NCBI GenBank assembly: GCA_964476155.1
Contig: CAYYYS010000009.1
Coordinates: 18,147 to 82,146, forward strand
Direction: 5' to 3'
DNA length: 64,000 bases
Source of the DNA: an uncultured Fibrobacteraceae bacterium
GTDB lineage: Bacteria; Krumholzibacteriota; Krumholzibacteriia; LZORAL124-64-63
The notes under the pieces are model-generated. The model had not been told where the DNA came from and made no database searches. It saw only the letters and a program-made list of their open reading frames with translations. A program made the translations under genes and the position numbers. Below, in pieces: positions 56,094 through 64,000 of this stretch. The stretch's first letter is position 1, and each line of letters starts with the position of its first letter.

Positions 56094-56370
56094 TCATCGA
56101 CCCACTTCATTCCATCTTCGACTGGGACGTGCCGCTCTTTTACAACAACACGTCCGGGACGACCAAGCAGTACTACCTGTTTGTTGACGGATACAGTCAG
56201 GGCTTCGCGGGCGGTTTCGTCATGTCCGGGTACAACGGCGGCTCTGGTGTCGAGATCACGATCAGGATTCCCCTCGACGGCAGATGACTTCCCGACACTT
56301 CGCACGTCGGACGGACTGGTGTATAATCCGGGCGAACCGGAACCATATAACCAGCCGTGGAGACACCTGT

Positions 56371-57306
56371 ATGAGACTGAGATGGCTGCTGTCTTGCCTG
56401 ATTACAGTTTCGGCCGCCTGTGCTCTGGCCGCCGAAATGGTCCCGACACCGATCATGTCCTTCAATATCCGCTACGCGACCGCCGCAGACGGCCCCGACA
56501 GTTGGGAGAACCGGCGTTACCTGGTTCGCGTCGCGATTCGCGAACACGACCCACATATCCTGGGCGTGCAGGAATGTCTCTGGGAACAGGGCGTCGAGCT
56601 GGACCGGGCCTTCGGCGCTTATCGCCTGACGGGCGTCGGGCGCGACGACGGCGTTCGCAAGGGCGAGATGTGCCTCATCTTCACCCGCCGCGATCGCTAT
56701 CATGTGTTGGACCAGGGCAACTTCTGGCTGAGCGAGACGCCCGAGACACCGGGCAGCAAGGGCTGGGACGCGGTCTGCCCGCGTATCGTCACCTGGGTCA
56801 AGCTGCGCGACCGCTGGTGCAATCCGGACACGCTCTATGTCTTCAACACCCATTTCGACCATGTCGGCGAGGAGGCGCGGTCTCGCGGCGCCGAGTTCTT
56901 GCAGCAGCGCATCGCCGAGATCTCACAAGGGTATCCGGTGATCCTGATGGGGGACTTCAATGCGCCGGCCGCAGGTGACAGCCCCCCGTACCGTCTACTG
57001 GCCGAGGAGGGCTGGCGCGTCGACGTGCCGTTGCGAGATACCTTTGGCGCCGCGTCCTCGGAAATGCGTCGCCGCGGCGCCGGCACCTTCCATGGCTTCG
57101 GCGGCGAACCCACGCGCGGGCGCATCGATTGGATCCTGGCTTCACAGGCTTTTGCGGTGACTGATGCGGGGCTCTCGCGATACCAGATGGACGGGCAGTA
57201 TCCGTCGGATCATTTCCCGGTTTGGGCGGTCTTCCAGCTGGAGAGGCATCCACCGCTGCCGGGGGATGAGATCGATCTGATTACCGGGGCTACGCCGCAC
57301 TATTGA
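56371..57306 (+). CDS. Endonuclease/exonuclease/phosphatase (EEP) family protein. Secreted.
   Basis: GGAGAC RBS. Signal peptide MRLRWLLSCLITVSAACALA. EEP motifs SFNIRY, GVQE, NTHFDH, GDFN, SDHFPV. Confidence 0.75.
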   Translation: MRLRWLLSCLITVSAACALAAEMVPTPIMSFNIRYATAADGPDSWENRRYLVRVAIREHDPHILGVQECLWEQGVELDRAFGAYRLTGVGRDDGVRKGEMCLIFTRRDRYHVLDQGNFWLSETPETPGSKGWDAVCPRIVTWVKLRDRWCNPDTLYVFNTHFDHVGEEARSRGAEFLQQRIAEISQGYPVILMGDFNAPAAGDSPPYRLLAEEGWRVDVPLRDTFGAASSEMRRRGAGTFHGFGGEPTRGRIDWILASQAFAVTDAGLSRYQMDGQYPSDHFPVWAVFQLERHPPLPGDEIDLITGATPHY

Positions 57307-57346
57307 TAAGCGTTTTCAAAGTGTACGCGTGTAGACTTTTGAGAGA

Positions 57347-60070
57347 TCAGGCGAAGGCGATCTCCAGGGTTGAGATCTCATGCGCTTTCAGCGCGACCGA
57401 CAGGCTTCGTGTCTCGTGTGTGAGTGAGTTCCCGCGTGATTCCAGAAGATCGGAGTGCCAAACTCCAGCCACATCGCGCCCGAAGGACAGCGGTGCCGTA
57501 CACGACTCGTCCGCCAGATTGCACACCCGCACGATCAGGGTATCCCGCTCCTCGCATTGCTTCACAGCCGTAACCTGCACCCGCGTTTCGTCACACCGCA
57601 GCAGCCATCCGCCCGCGGCGGCCTGCTCCGCCACGCCCTGCACCGACAGGGGCGGGCAACGCCAGTGGGTCGAGGCGCCGGGGACGTCGGCGTCGAGCCA
57701 GCCACCCGCGTAGGGCCTGACCGCGAACGCGAACTCGTGTGGGCCTGGACACTGAGCCTCCGGGGTGTACAGGGTCGGGCCGGCGCTGCCGCGGCGAGTG
57801 GGTTCGATGTCGTCGCGCGAGAGCCAGCCGACCGAGCGTAGCAGGGTAAGAGCCAGTCCGGCGCCATGGTCGCTGCGGAAGCCTTCCACTTCGGGCAGGC
57901 CACGGTTGAAAACAGCCAGACCGCGCGTCCCGTCCTCCAGGCAGGAAAATCCCTGCTGCGGCCAGGTGGATGGTGTGGGTTGGATCCAGTCGGGTGTGGC
58001 GTTGCGAACAAGGGGGCGCGACTGGACGAGGTAACGATCCTCGGAAATCAGCGTGTCGGTGTGCAGCGACGTCGGGAAACGCAGGCGCAGGCGGTGATCC
58101 TCGGCGCGGTTGTCGAACCGGAGGCGCGCGTCGACCACGGGCGAGTCGTGGCGCAGGGTCAGGCGCAGGGTCGTGGGGCAATCGACGGTTTCAGTGACGT
58201 AACCCGTGCGGTCAGGGGTCAGACGGGCGGGTAGGCGTACCGTGAAATCACAGTCCAGTGCGCCTTCGAGCGTCGTGGCGGAAGCGTGGACCGATCCCGG
58301 CACGATCACCGGCGCGCCGGTCTCGCCGACGGGATGAAAATCGTACTCGTCGCCCGCGTCGCTTTGGTCCTCGATTACAGCCAGCCCGGGATATTCGGCT
58401 CCCGTGGTCTTGTCGATCAGATCGAATGTGCCTTCGGGATGGAGGCGCACCGCTACCAGGTCGTTCTCCAGCGAGTTCGCGCCGGCGATGATCGACCCAT
58501 CCGGCGTCCCGCATGGTGCCGCCTCTTCCAGGCGGAAGGGCGCATGACCGCAAGGCGGCAACTCCGCCGTGAAACGAATGGTCAGGCGGGTGTCGCTGTC
58601 GGCCTCGTCCCGGGACATGCGGTACGGGAAGTGTTCGCGGTAGGGCGCGAAATCCGTGTCCTGGGCCGCGCCGGTGAGCGGCAGCCGGTGGTCGACACCC
58701 CAGAACCGCTCCACGCGCCGGGTCTCGGCGACCTCGTAAGGCACTTCGTCACCGGCCTCGTCCACCAGCCGCAAGGCGTCGTAGTCGAAAGGTTGCAGAA
58801 CGATGGTCCGTGTGATCACCTCACGCCGCACCTGCGGCAGGGGATTGGCCATGCACAGTATGGTGTAGCGGTCGCCGTCCGGAGAGACGCCGAAGGTGGG
58901 CGCGAGATCCGCCAGCGCCCGCTGCAACGACCGTTCGGCGGTCAGCCGGGCCAACGCGAAGCGTGGCATCATATCGCGATGCACTTGGTCGATGCTGCAC
59001 CCGCAGATGGAATCGTGGGGATGGTTGAGCAACAGCTCGCGCCATGCGTCGCGCAGCAGGCCGGCGGGATAGTCCTGCCCGTGGACGAAGGTCGCGTAGG
59101 CCAGCAATGGCTCGGCCGCGCCGGCCAGCAGCGCTTCACACCGCTCGTTCTCCTGCTTGAGATACATCCGCGCCGACCACACGCCCGACAGGATGTTGCG
59201 ATCGTAGCCGTCGAGCATTTCGCCTTCGCGGACGCGAGTATCCGGGCCGGCCTCACCGGCGGCGGCCACGAAATCCTGCAGCCCCGCGTGGATGAATTCG
59301 GTGTCGGGATAGGCGTCGCGCAGAGCGTCCATCACACGCGGAAAGCCGCGCTGCGGCGGGAAGTGGTCGCACCCGTTGCTGATCAGGAAGGGGTCGGCGC
59401 CGGGACGCTCGGCCCCGGCCGTGAAGAGCTCGCGGATTTTCTGCACGGCCAGTGCCGGATCTATCTCGCGGCGCGTATGCGCGTGCCACAACTCGGCGTG
59501 GCCAAGACTGCCGGCGGCGCAGTAACCCTGCACATGGTTGAGCGCCAGGACCTCGCTGCCGTCGGGCCCACGCCAGGTGAAGCGCCAACCGAGCGACTCG
59601 GCCTCGTCGCCCAGTCCCCGTTCGAAGACGAAGGACTCCAGGCCGGCGCCGCGCAGCAGTTGCGGCATCTGCGCCACGTGTCCGAACGAGTCGGGCATGT
59701 AGCCCACCTGCAGACGCCCACCGAGTGCCTGCGCGACCTGATCGCCCATCAGCAGGTTGCGCGCCAGCGACTCGCCCGAGACCAGGAACTCGTCCGGCAG
59801 AACGAACCAGGGGCCCAGTGAGAGCCGTCCCGACTCGGCCAGGGCTTGCACGCGCGGCGCGTCTTCGGGGCACACGTTCAGGTGGTCCTCCAGCACGGCA
59901 ACCTGGCCGTCCAGCAGGAAATGGCGCTCCGGGTCGGACTCGAGGGTGTCCAGTACCTGTCCGACCACCCGCACCAGATCCACGCGGAACTCGGCGCAGG
60001 TCAGGTACCACTCGCGATCCCAGTGGGTGTGCGAAACCACGAAGGCGGTTCGGGGCTCAATCCGCGTCAT
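57347..60070 (-). CDS. GH38 alpha-mannosidase.
   Basis: N-terminal SHTHWDREW, GH38 catalytic-core regions, ~907 aa typical of bacterial GH38. Confidence 0.88.
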   Translation of the reverse strand: MTRIEPRTAFVVSHTHWDREWYLTCAEFRVDLVRVVGQVLDTLESDPERHFLLDGQVAVLEDHLNVCPEDAPRVQALAESGRLSLGPWFVLPDEFLVSGESLARNLLMGDQVAQALGGRLQVGYMPDSFGHVAQMPQLLRGAGLESFVFERGLGDEAESLGWRFTWRGPDGSEVLALNHVQGYCAAGSLGHAELWHAHTRREIDPALAVQKIRELFTAGAERPGADPFLISNGCDHFPPQRGFPRVMDALRDAYPDTEFIHAGLQDFVAAAGEAGPDTRVREGEMLDGYDRNILSGVWSARMYLKQENERCEALLAGAAEPLLAYATFVHGQDYPAGLLRDAWRELLLNHPHDSICGCSIDQVHRDMMPRFALARLTAERSLQRALADLAPTFGVSPDGDRYTILCMANPLPQVRREVITRTIVLQPFDYDALRLVDEAGDEVPYEVAETRRVERFWGVDHRLPLTGAAQDTDFAPYREHFPYRMSRDEADSDTRLTIRFTAELPPCGHAPFRLEEAAPCGTPDGSIIAGANSLENDLVAVRLHPEGTFDLIDKTTGAEYPGLAVIEDQSDAGDEYDFHPVGETGAPVIVPGSVHASATTLEGALDCDFTVRLPARLTPDRTGYVTETVDCPTTLRLTLRHDSPVVDARLRFDNRAEDHRLRLRFPTSLHTDTLISEDRYLVQSRPLVRNATPDWIQPTPSTWPQQGFSCLEDGTRGLAVFNRGLPEVEGFRSDHGAGLALTLLRSVGWLSRDDIEPTRRGSAGPTLYTPEAQCPGPHEFAFAVRPYAGGWLDADVPGASTHWRCPPLSVQGVAEQAAAGGWLLRCDETRVQVTAVKQCEERDTLIVRVCNLADESCTAPLSFGRDVAGVWHSDLLESRGNSLTHETRSLSVALKAHEISTLEIAFA

Positions 60071-61025
60071 GACACGCTCCCAGCAGGTCCCGGACGGTGC
60101 TTGTAGCCAGGCCGACCACCGTGTCGGCGGCGCCGTAGTAGATCTTCAAGTCGGTATCGAGGTCGACGAAACCCTCTTCGTCCACGGCGTCGGCAACCCA
60201 GCCGGAAGGGAAGACCACGTTGGGGACCTGGCCGCTCAACTCGTATGGTTCGCGCGGTTCGAGGATGTTGCGACGGGTGCGCGCGATGACGTTCACGGGA
60301 TCGCCCAGGTCCAGAAGCGCGGCGCCGGCCTGATAGATGTTCACGCCCTGGAAGTGGGTGGCGACGCCGTGGTACAGGAACAACCAGCCCTCGCGGGTCT
60401 TGAGCGGCGGCGTGCCGGGACCGATGAGTTCGTCCCAGGCGCGGGGACGCCCGGCCATGACCTCGCCGCGCGGCGTCCAGGTGATCAGGTCGTCGGACTC
60501 GGCGAGAACGATGGTGTCCCCGGTAACCGGGCCGCCCACACGCTTGGCCGTGTTGGGGCGCTCGAGCCGCAGCCACAGGCCGCCCACGCGCTCGGGAAAT
60601 ATCACGCCGTTGCGCGAGTCCGGCGGCGAGACGCCCGCCATTTGCAGGACGCCGTCTTCGCCGAGTCGCCCCGTGCCCAACCGGCACCCCTCGTCCGTGT
60701 CGATGGCCACGCAGCAGATCAACTCGCAGCCGACGGTCGTCAGCCGCGGGTCGTAGACGTGATGGGCCGTGAAGTCCGCGTCTTCGAGACCGCGCACTTC
60801 GACGAGGTTTTCATCCACGCGGAAGCGCAAGCCGTCGTGGCTCCAGGCGCGGATCAGGCCGGTCTCGCGACCACGCGACTGGACCCGCAACAGCAGCATC
60901 ACCTGGTCGTCCACCCGTACGGCGCCGGGATTGAAGACGGAGCTCACGTCCACGAAGGCCGGTGGGATCGCGGGGATGTCGGCGCGGTCGAGGATGGGGT
61001 TGCCGGTGATGCGTTCGAGTGTCAT
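60057..61025 (-). CDS. GH130 family glycoside phosphorylase/hydrolase (beta-mannoside-acting).
   Basis: GH130 (DUF377) signatures NPGAV, GWLFLYHGV, IYYGAAD. Start chosen at MTLERITGNPIL; the ORF extends to 61067. Confidence 0.8.
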   Translation of the reverse strand: MTLERITGNPILDRADIPAIPPAFVDVSSVFNPGAVRVDDQVMLLLRVQSRGRETGLIRAWSHDGLRFRVDENLVEVRGLEDADFTAHHVYDPRLTTVGCELICCVAIDTDEGCRLGTGRLGEDGVLQMAGVSPPDSRNGVIFPERVGGLWLRLERPNTAKRVGGPVTGDTIVLAESDDLITWTPRGEVMAGRPRAWDELIGPGTPPLKTREGWLFLYHGVATHFQGVNIYQAGAALLDLGDPVNVIARTRRNILEPREPYELSGQVPNVVFPSGWVADAVDEEGFVDLDTDLKIYYGAADTVVGLATSTVRDLLGACHDAD

Positions 61026-61030
61026 GTCGA

Positions 61031-62020
61031 TCACCGCCAGCCGCTCAGATGCGCCGAGACCCGCCAATAGCCGTGGTACCCCTCGTCGTTCGCGGGACGG
61101 ATATCCTCCACGCGGTAGCTCACTTCATGCTCTCCCGGCGTGAGCCATTCGCTCAGGTCTACCACCACCGGCCGCACCACGTCGCCCGGGCACCAGCCGC
61201 TGCGGCTGTAGTCGCTGCTCCACGACCCGTCCGACCAGCGCGCGCAGTACGGGTTGACCGCGCGCAGTTTGCCGCAGTCGTCGCGCCAGGGGCGGAAGCG
61301 GTGGACCTCGATCCCGTCCACGAGGATCACGTTGTCCTTGGAGATGAATTCGTCGGCGTCGCGGCCGTCGGTGCAATGGCCGGAGACCATCACGTAGAGC
61401 AGGGCGCGGCGGTTGGCTTCGGGGATGGTCACGGTACCGGTTACCTCGGGCGTCTCGGTCTTCAGTCCGCCGTCCACGAAGAAGAGGCCGTGCGTCCAGG
61501 CGGGCACGGCGGTGCCGGCGCCGGGCATGAAGACCAGTTCCACGTCCACACGCCAGGCCGGCGTGACCCAGGTGTCGATGAAGACCTCGAATTCGCAATG
61601 CCCCGTGAGCAGAGGCGCCAGGTGGGTGACGTCGACCTCGTGTTCGATGGCGCCGCCGTACGCGGTCATGAACTTGATCATCTCGATGGGCGCCATGCCC
61701 GGCTTGATCAGTGTCACATGCCCGGCCCGGTCCCAGCGATCGATGACGTTGCGCATGTCCTTCACGATGGGTCGGACGCGCAGGACCGCGGTTATCCGGG
61801 GTCGGCCGACCGTCGGAGGAAACTCGCGATAGGTTCGCATGACGCGACCGTTGTCGTGCGCCGTGGCGAAGGGGGAGTCGTGGCGGTCCGGTTCCTCGGG
61901 GGTGAAGTGGACGGTCACGTCTTCATAGAGGGTGATGACGGTGGGAGCAGGGGGATCCACGCGGGAGCCGCAGCCGGTCAAGAGCAGAAGCAGAGCGACG
62001 AGGATGAGGGCCAGGCGCAT
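61031..62020 (-). CDS. PNGase F-like (peptide-N-glycosidase F family) lipoprotein.
   Basis: Lipoprotein signal MRLALILVALLLLLTGC. IDRWDRAGH (compare PNGase F CDEWDRYAN) and SGWCPGDVV (compare PNGase F AGWCPGMAV) motifs. Two beta-sandwich-sized halves. Confidence 0.65.
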   Translation of the reverse strand: MRLALILVALLLLLTGCGSRVDPPAPTVITLYEDVTVHFTPEEPDRHDSPFATAHDNGRVMRTYREFPPTVGRPRITAVLRVRPIVKDMRNVIDRWDRAGHVTLIKPGMAPIEMIKFMTAYGGAIEHEVDVTHLAPLLTGHCEFEVFIDTWVTPAWRVDVELVFMPGAGTAVPAWTHGLFFVDGGLKTETPEVTGTVTIPEANRRALLYVMVSGHCTDGRDADEFISKDNVILVDGIEVHRFRPWRDDCGKLRAVNPYCARWSDGSWSSDYSRSGWCPGDVVRPVVVDLSEWLTPGEHEVSYRVEDIRPANDEGYHGYWRVSAHLSGWR

Positions 62021-62347
62021 GTCGGTCTCCGTTCGAAGGGGCGCCAGCCGACTTTACACGGGAAAAGCGCTTCTGTCACGGAGCGGTCAGGACCGGGCCG
62101 TTGCGTCGAGGTCAGACATCCTGCGACTATGAATGAGTCCAACCAATGAATAGTCAGAATGACCGCAGGCCCCAAACCTGCAGGCCACCTCCCGGCACCG
62201 CAGCCTCCCTGTAAATCGTTCCTGAAAACACCTTCAAATAGATCAATTCGACAACCGTCGGCGACATATCGAGTAGCTCGACCACTACGTTCCACTGCCC
62301 TAGCGCTCATATGCCCGTATTCGCTTTGAAACTTCCTGCATGCGGAT

Positions 62348-62376
62348 ACACTATATGGTGTTGCACTATATAGTGT
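62348..62376. promoter_or_regulatory. Perfect 9+9 palindrome ACACTATAT-N11-ATATAGTGT. Candidate transcription-factor operator in an AT-rich intergenic region.
   Basis: ACACTATATGGTGTTGCACTATATAGTGT read directly in an AT-rich 460-bp intergenic region between the PNGase-like gene and the yaiI-like gene. Confidence 0.35.
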
Positions 62377-62485
62377 AATGAGGGGTCTGTTCAATTCATG
62401 AAGCGGATTCTTACCAGGGAAGATACGGAATATCGCTTCGCCAACCAGTTCTTCGGCACTTGGCTGCGTGGTGCTGGGCTCTGAT

Positions 62486-62935
62486 TCACCCCCGCCGAAT
62501 CGCGTTAACCATCTGATCCAACTGCTGCAAAAAAAGCGACCGATCCTTCTTCGCGAACGGTGGTGGTCCGCCGCCAAGCTCCCCCTGCTCCCGTAGCTGC
62601 TTCAACAACTGCCGCGTCGCCAGCGCATCGCCCACGTTCTCCGCCGTGAACGGCCGGCCCTTGTGGCCGAGCACCCGCGCGCCTTCGTCGATACACCGCG
62701 CGGCCAGCGGGATGTCGCCCGTGATGACGATGTCGTCGGCCTCGACCAGCTCGACGATCAGGTCGTCCGCCTCGTTCAGGCCCTTCTCCACGACCACGAG
62801 CTTGACCCCGTCGCCGCTGGGATAGCGCATGTAGCTGTTGGCCACGAGCGTGACCTGCAGGCCATAGCGTTGGGCGACCTTGTAGACCTCGTCTTTGACG
62901 GGGCAGGCGTCGGCGTCTATGTAGATGTGGAGCAT
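62486..62935 (-). CDS. YaiI/YqgE family protein (UPF0178/DUF188).
   Basis: MLHIYIDADACPVKDE N-terminus and ITGDIPLAA motif characteristic of the family. 149 aa. Confidence 0.8.
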   Translation of the reverse strand: MLHIYIDADACPVKDEVYKVAQRYGLQVTLVANSYMRYPSGDGVKLVVVEKGLNEADDLIVELVEADDIVITGDIPLAARCIDEGARVLGHKGRPFTAENVGDALATRQLLKQLREQGELGGGPPPFAKKDRSLFLQQLDQMVNAIRRG

Positions 62936-62962
62936 GGTTGCCTCGTGTGTTCGGGACCGGAT

Positions 62963-64000
62963 CTACCTGACGAACCCGTCGTCGCCTTCATCTCGTTTCA
63001 TCGTTCGCAATCGTCCCAGCATGTCCCGCACGTCCTTGAATCCGCCGGCGCCCAGCCAAATTGTAACCACGACCGCCATCACCGCATGCACGCCCACGAA
63101 CACCTTCCAGAACTCCTGCCACCACAAGTCACCCACGGGACTGACCAGGTTGCGGATAGTCCCGAACACGAACACGGCGAACCATCCCAGCGTCCAGGCA
63201 TAAGTCGCCAGGTAGATGACCCGATCCCCGCGGGAGAACTCCTTGCCCATGCCCAGTACGCGCCAACCGCGGGCCGGCAGCGCCACATCCCGTTCGTGAT
63301 CATCCTCGACCCGCCACTTCCCGCGATGCAGCAACCGGTCCAGATCAGGCGGCGTCTGCCCACTCAGCAACGCCCCCAACACATACGCCAATACCGCGCC
63401 CCCCATGCTGATCGCCGTCATCACCTGCCCGTTCAACGGGAAGTCTTCGACAACCTGCCGCAGCACGATTCCCGTCACCGCGATACCCGAACCTACGCAT
63501 AATGCCGCCCAGGCGCCGGCCGTCGTGCCGCGCCGCCAGTACAGCCCGCCCACTATCACCGCACCCGCGCCGCCCGTGAAGATGGCCCCGGTGATGGCGA
63601 AGAACATGAAGATGTAGTCGGTCTGCGTGAACAGCAGCGAGAACAGGAAGATGAACACCGCAACGCCCAGGATCGAGAGTCGCAGCACCAGCAAGTGCTT
63701 CTCCGGCGACAACGGCGTCTTGCGGAAAGGCATCACCACGTCCTGGATGAAGATGCTGCCCCATGAGTGCAGGTACGTGTCGTGGGTCGACACGAAGGCC
63801 GCCATCATCACCGCGGCGAAGGCGCCCATCAGGCCGGCCGGCAGGATCTGCATCAGCACCAGGGGGATGCGCAGCTGGCTGGCGATCGCGTCGGTTTCGG
63901 CGCCGGCCAACCCGGCCTCGACCGTCGTGCGCACGCTCGCGAAGTCCGCGTGATGCATCACCGTGTACGCGACCACCGGCACGAAGAACAGCGCCAGGAA
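62963..64000 (-). CDS. Sodium:solute symporter family (SSF) transporter. 5' end is beyond the window.
   Basis: Multiple TM helices with SSF-like segments (GGLYWRRGT, TGAIFTGGAGAVIV). The ORF is open to the window edge. Confidence 0.7.
   Translation of the reverse strand, partial: FLALFFVPVVAYTVMHHADFASVRTTVEAGLAGAETDAIASQLRIPLVLMQILPAGLMGAFAAVMMAAFVSTHDTYLHSWGSIFIQDVVMPFRKTPLSPEKHLLVLRLSILGVAVFIFLFSLLFTQTDYIFMFFAITGAIFTGGAGAVIVGGLYWRRGTTAGAWAALCVGSGIAVTGIVLRQVVEDFPLNGQVMTAISMGGAVLAYVLGALLSGQTPPDLDRLLHRGKWRVEDDHERDVALPARGWRVLGMGKEFSRGDRVIYLATYAWTLGWFAVFVFGTIRNLVSPVGDLWWQEFWKVFVGVHAVMAVVVTIWLGAGGFKDVRDMLGRLRTMKRDEGDDGFVR

Overview
High-GC (~67%) bacterial chromosomal window, probably from an FCB-group / T9SS-bearing lineage. 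Four proteins carry the NPFNP...G..W.G.D C-terminal sorting domain. By eye there are about 50 protein-coding genes on both strands and no rRNA, tRNA or CRISPR. Housekeeping genes: msrA, xthA, glnS, pyk, cobB-type sirtuin, SRAP/yedK. Other content: a secreted/periplasmic protease set (tricorn homolog, S9, M28, lysyl-endopeptidase-like S1, gingipain-like C25); a five-gene operon encoding two xanthine-dehydrogenase-family Mo-hydroxylases; an RND efflux operon (adaptor plus two tandem permeases); and an N-glycan degradation locus (EEP, GH38, GH130, PNGase-F-like lipoprotein, SSF symporter). I could not assign any established defense system. The points most worth a second look are: (1) a three-copy family of ~110-nt nested-hairpin elements with a conserved GCTTGATYGCTACA core (contains GTAG) and covarying outer stems, two of which flank a T9SS cargo gene in inverted orientation, plus a related ~225-bp giant palindrome after pyk; (2) an exact 33-bp direct repeat at 2755 and 47985, each copy abutting a truncated ORF; (3) a cluster of small secreted Cys-motif proteins, including two tandem paralogs and one gene split by an in-frame amber codon; (4) a secreted protein with vicinal-Cys (KCC/GKGCC) repeats behind a long leader; (5) an HNH(DUF222) gene and a THEP1-like NTPase-membrane fusion with an acidic-repeat lipoprotein beside an AT-rich patch; (6) several gene fragments (GH31, SRPBCC, cupin, an N-truncated T9SS cargo) that suggest rearrangement or decay, or assembly chimerism. 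Coordinates follow the supplied ORF track where possible and may be off by 1-2 nt at hand-picked start codons.
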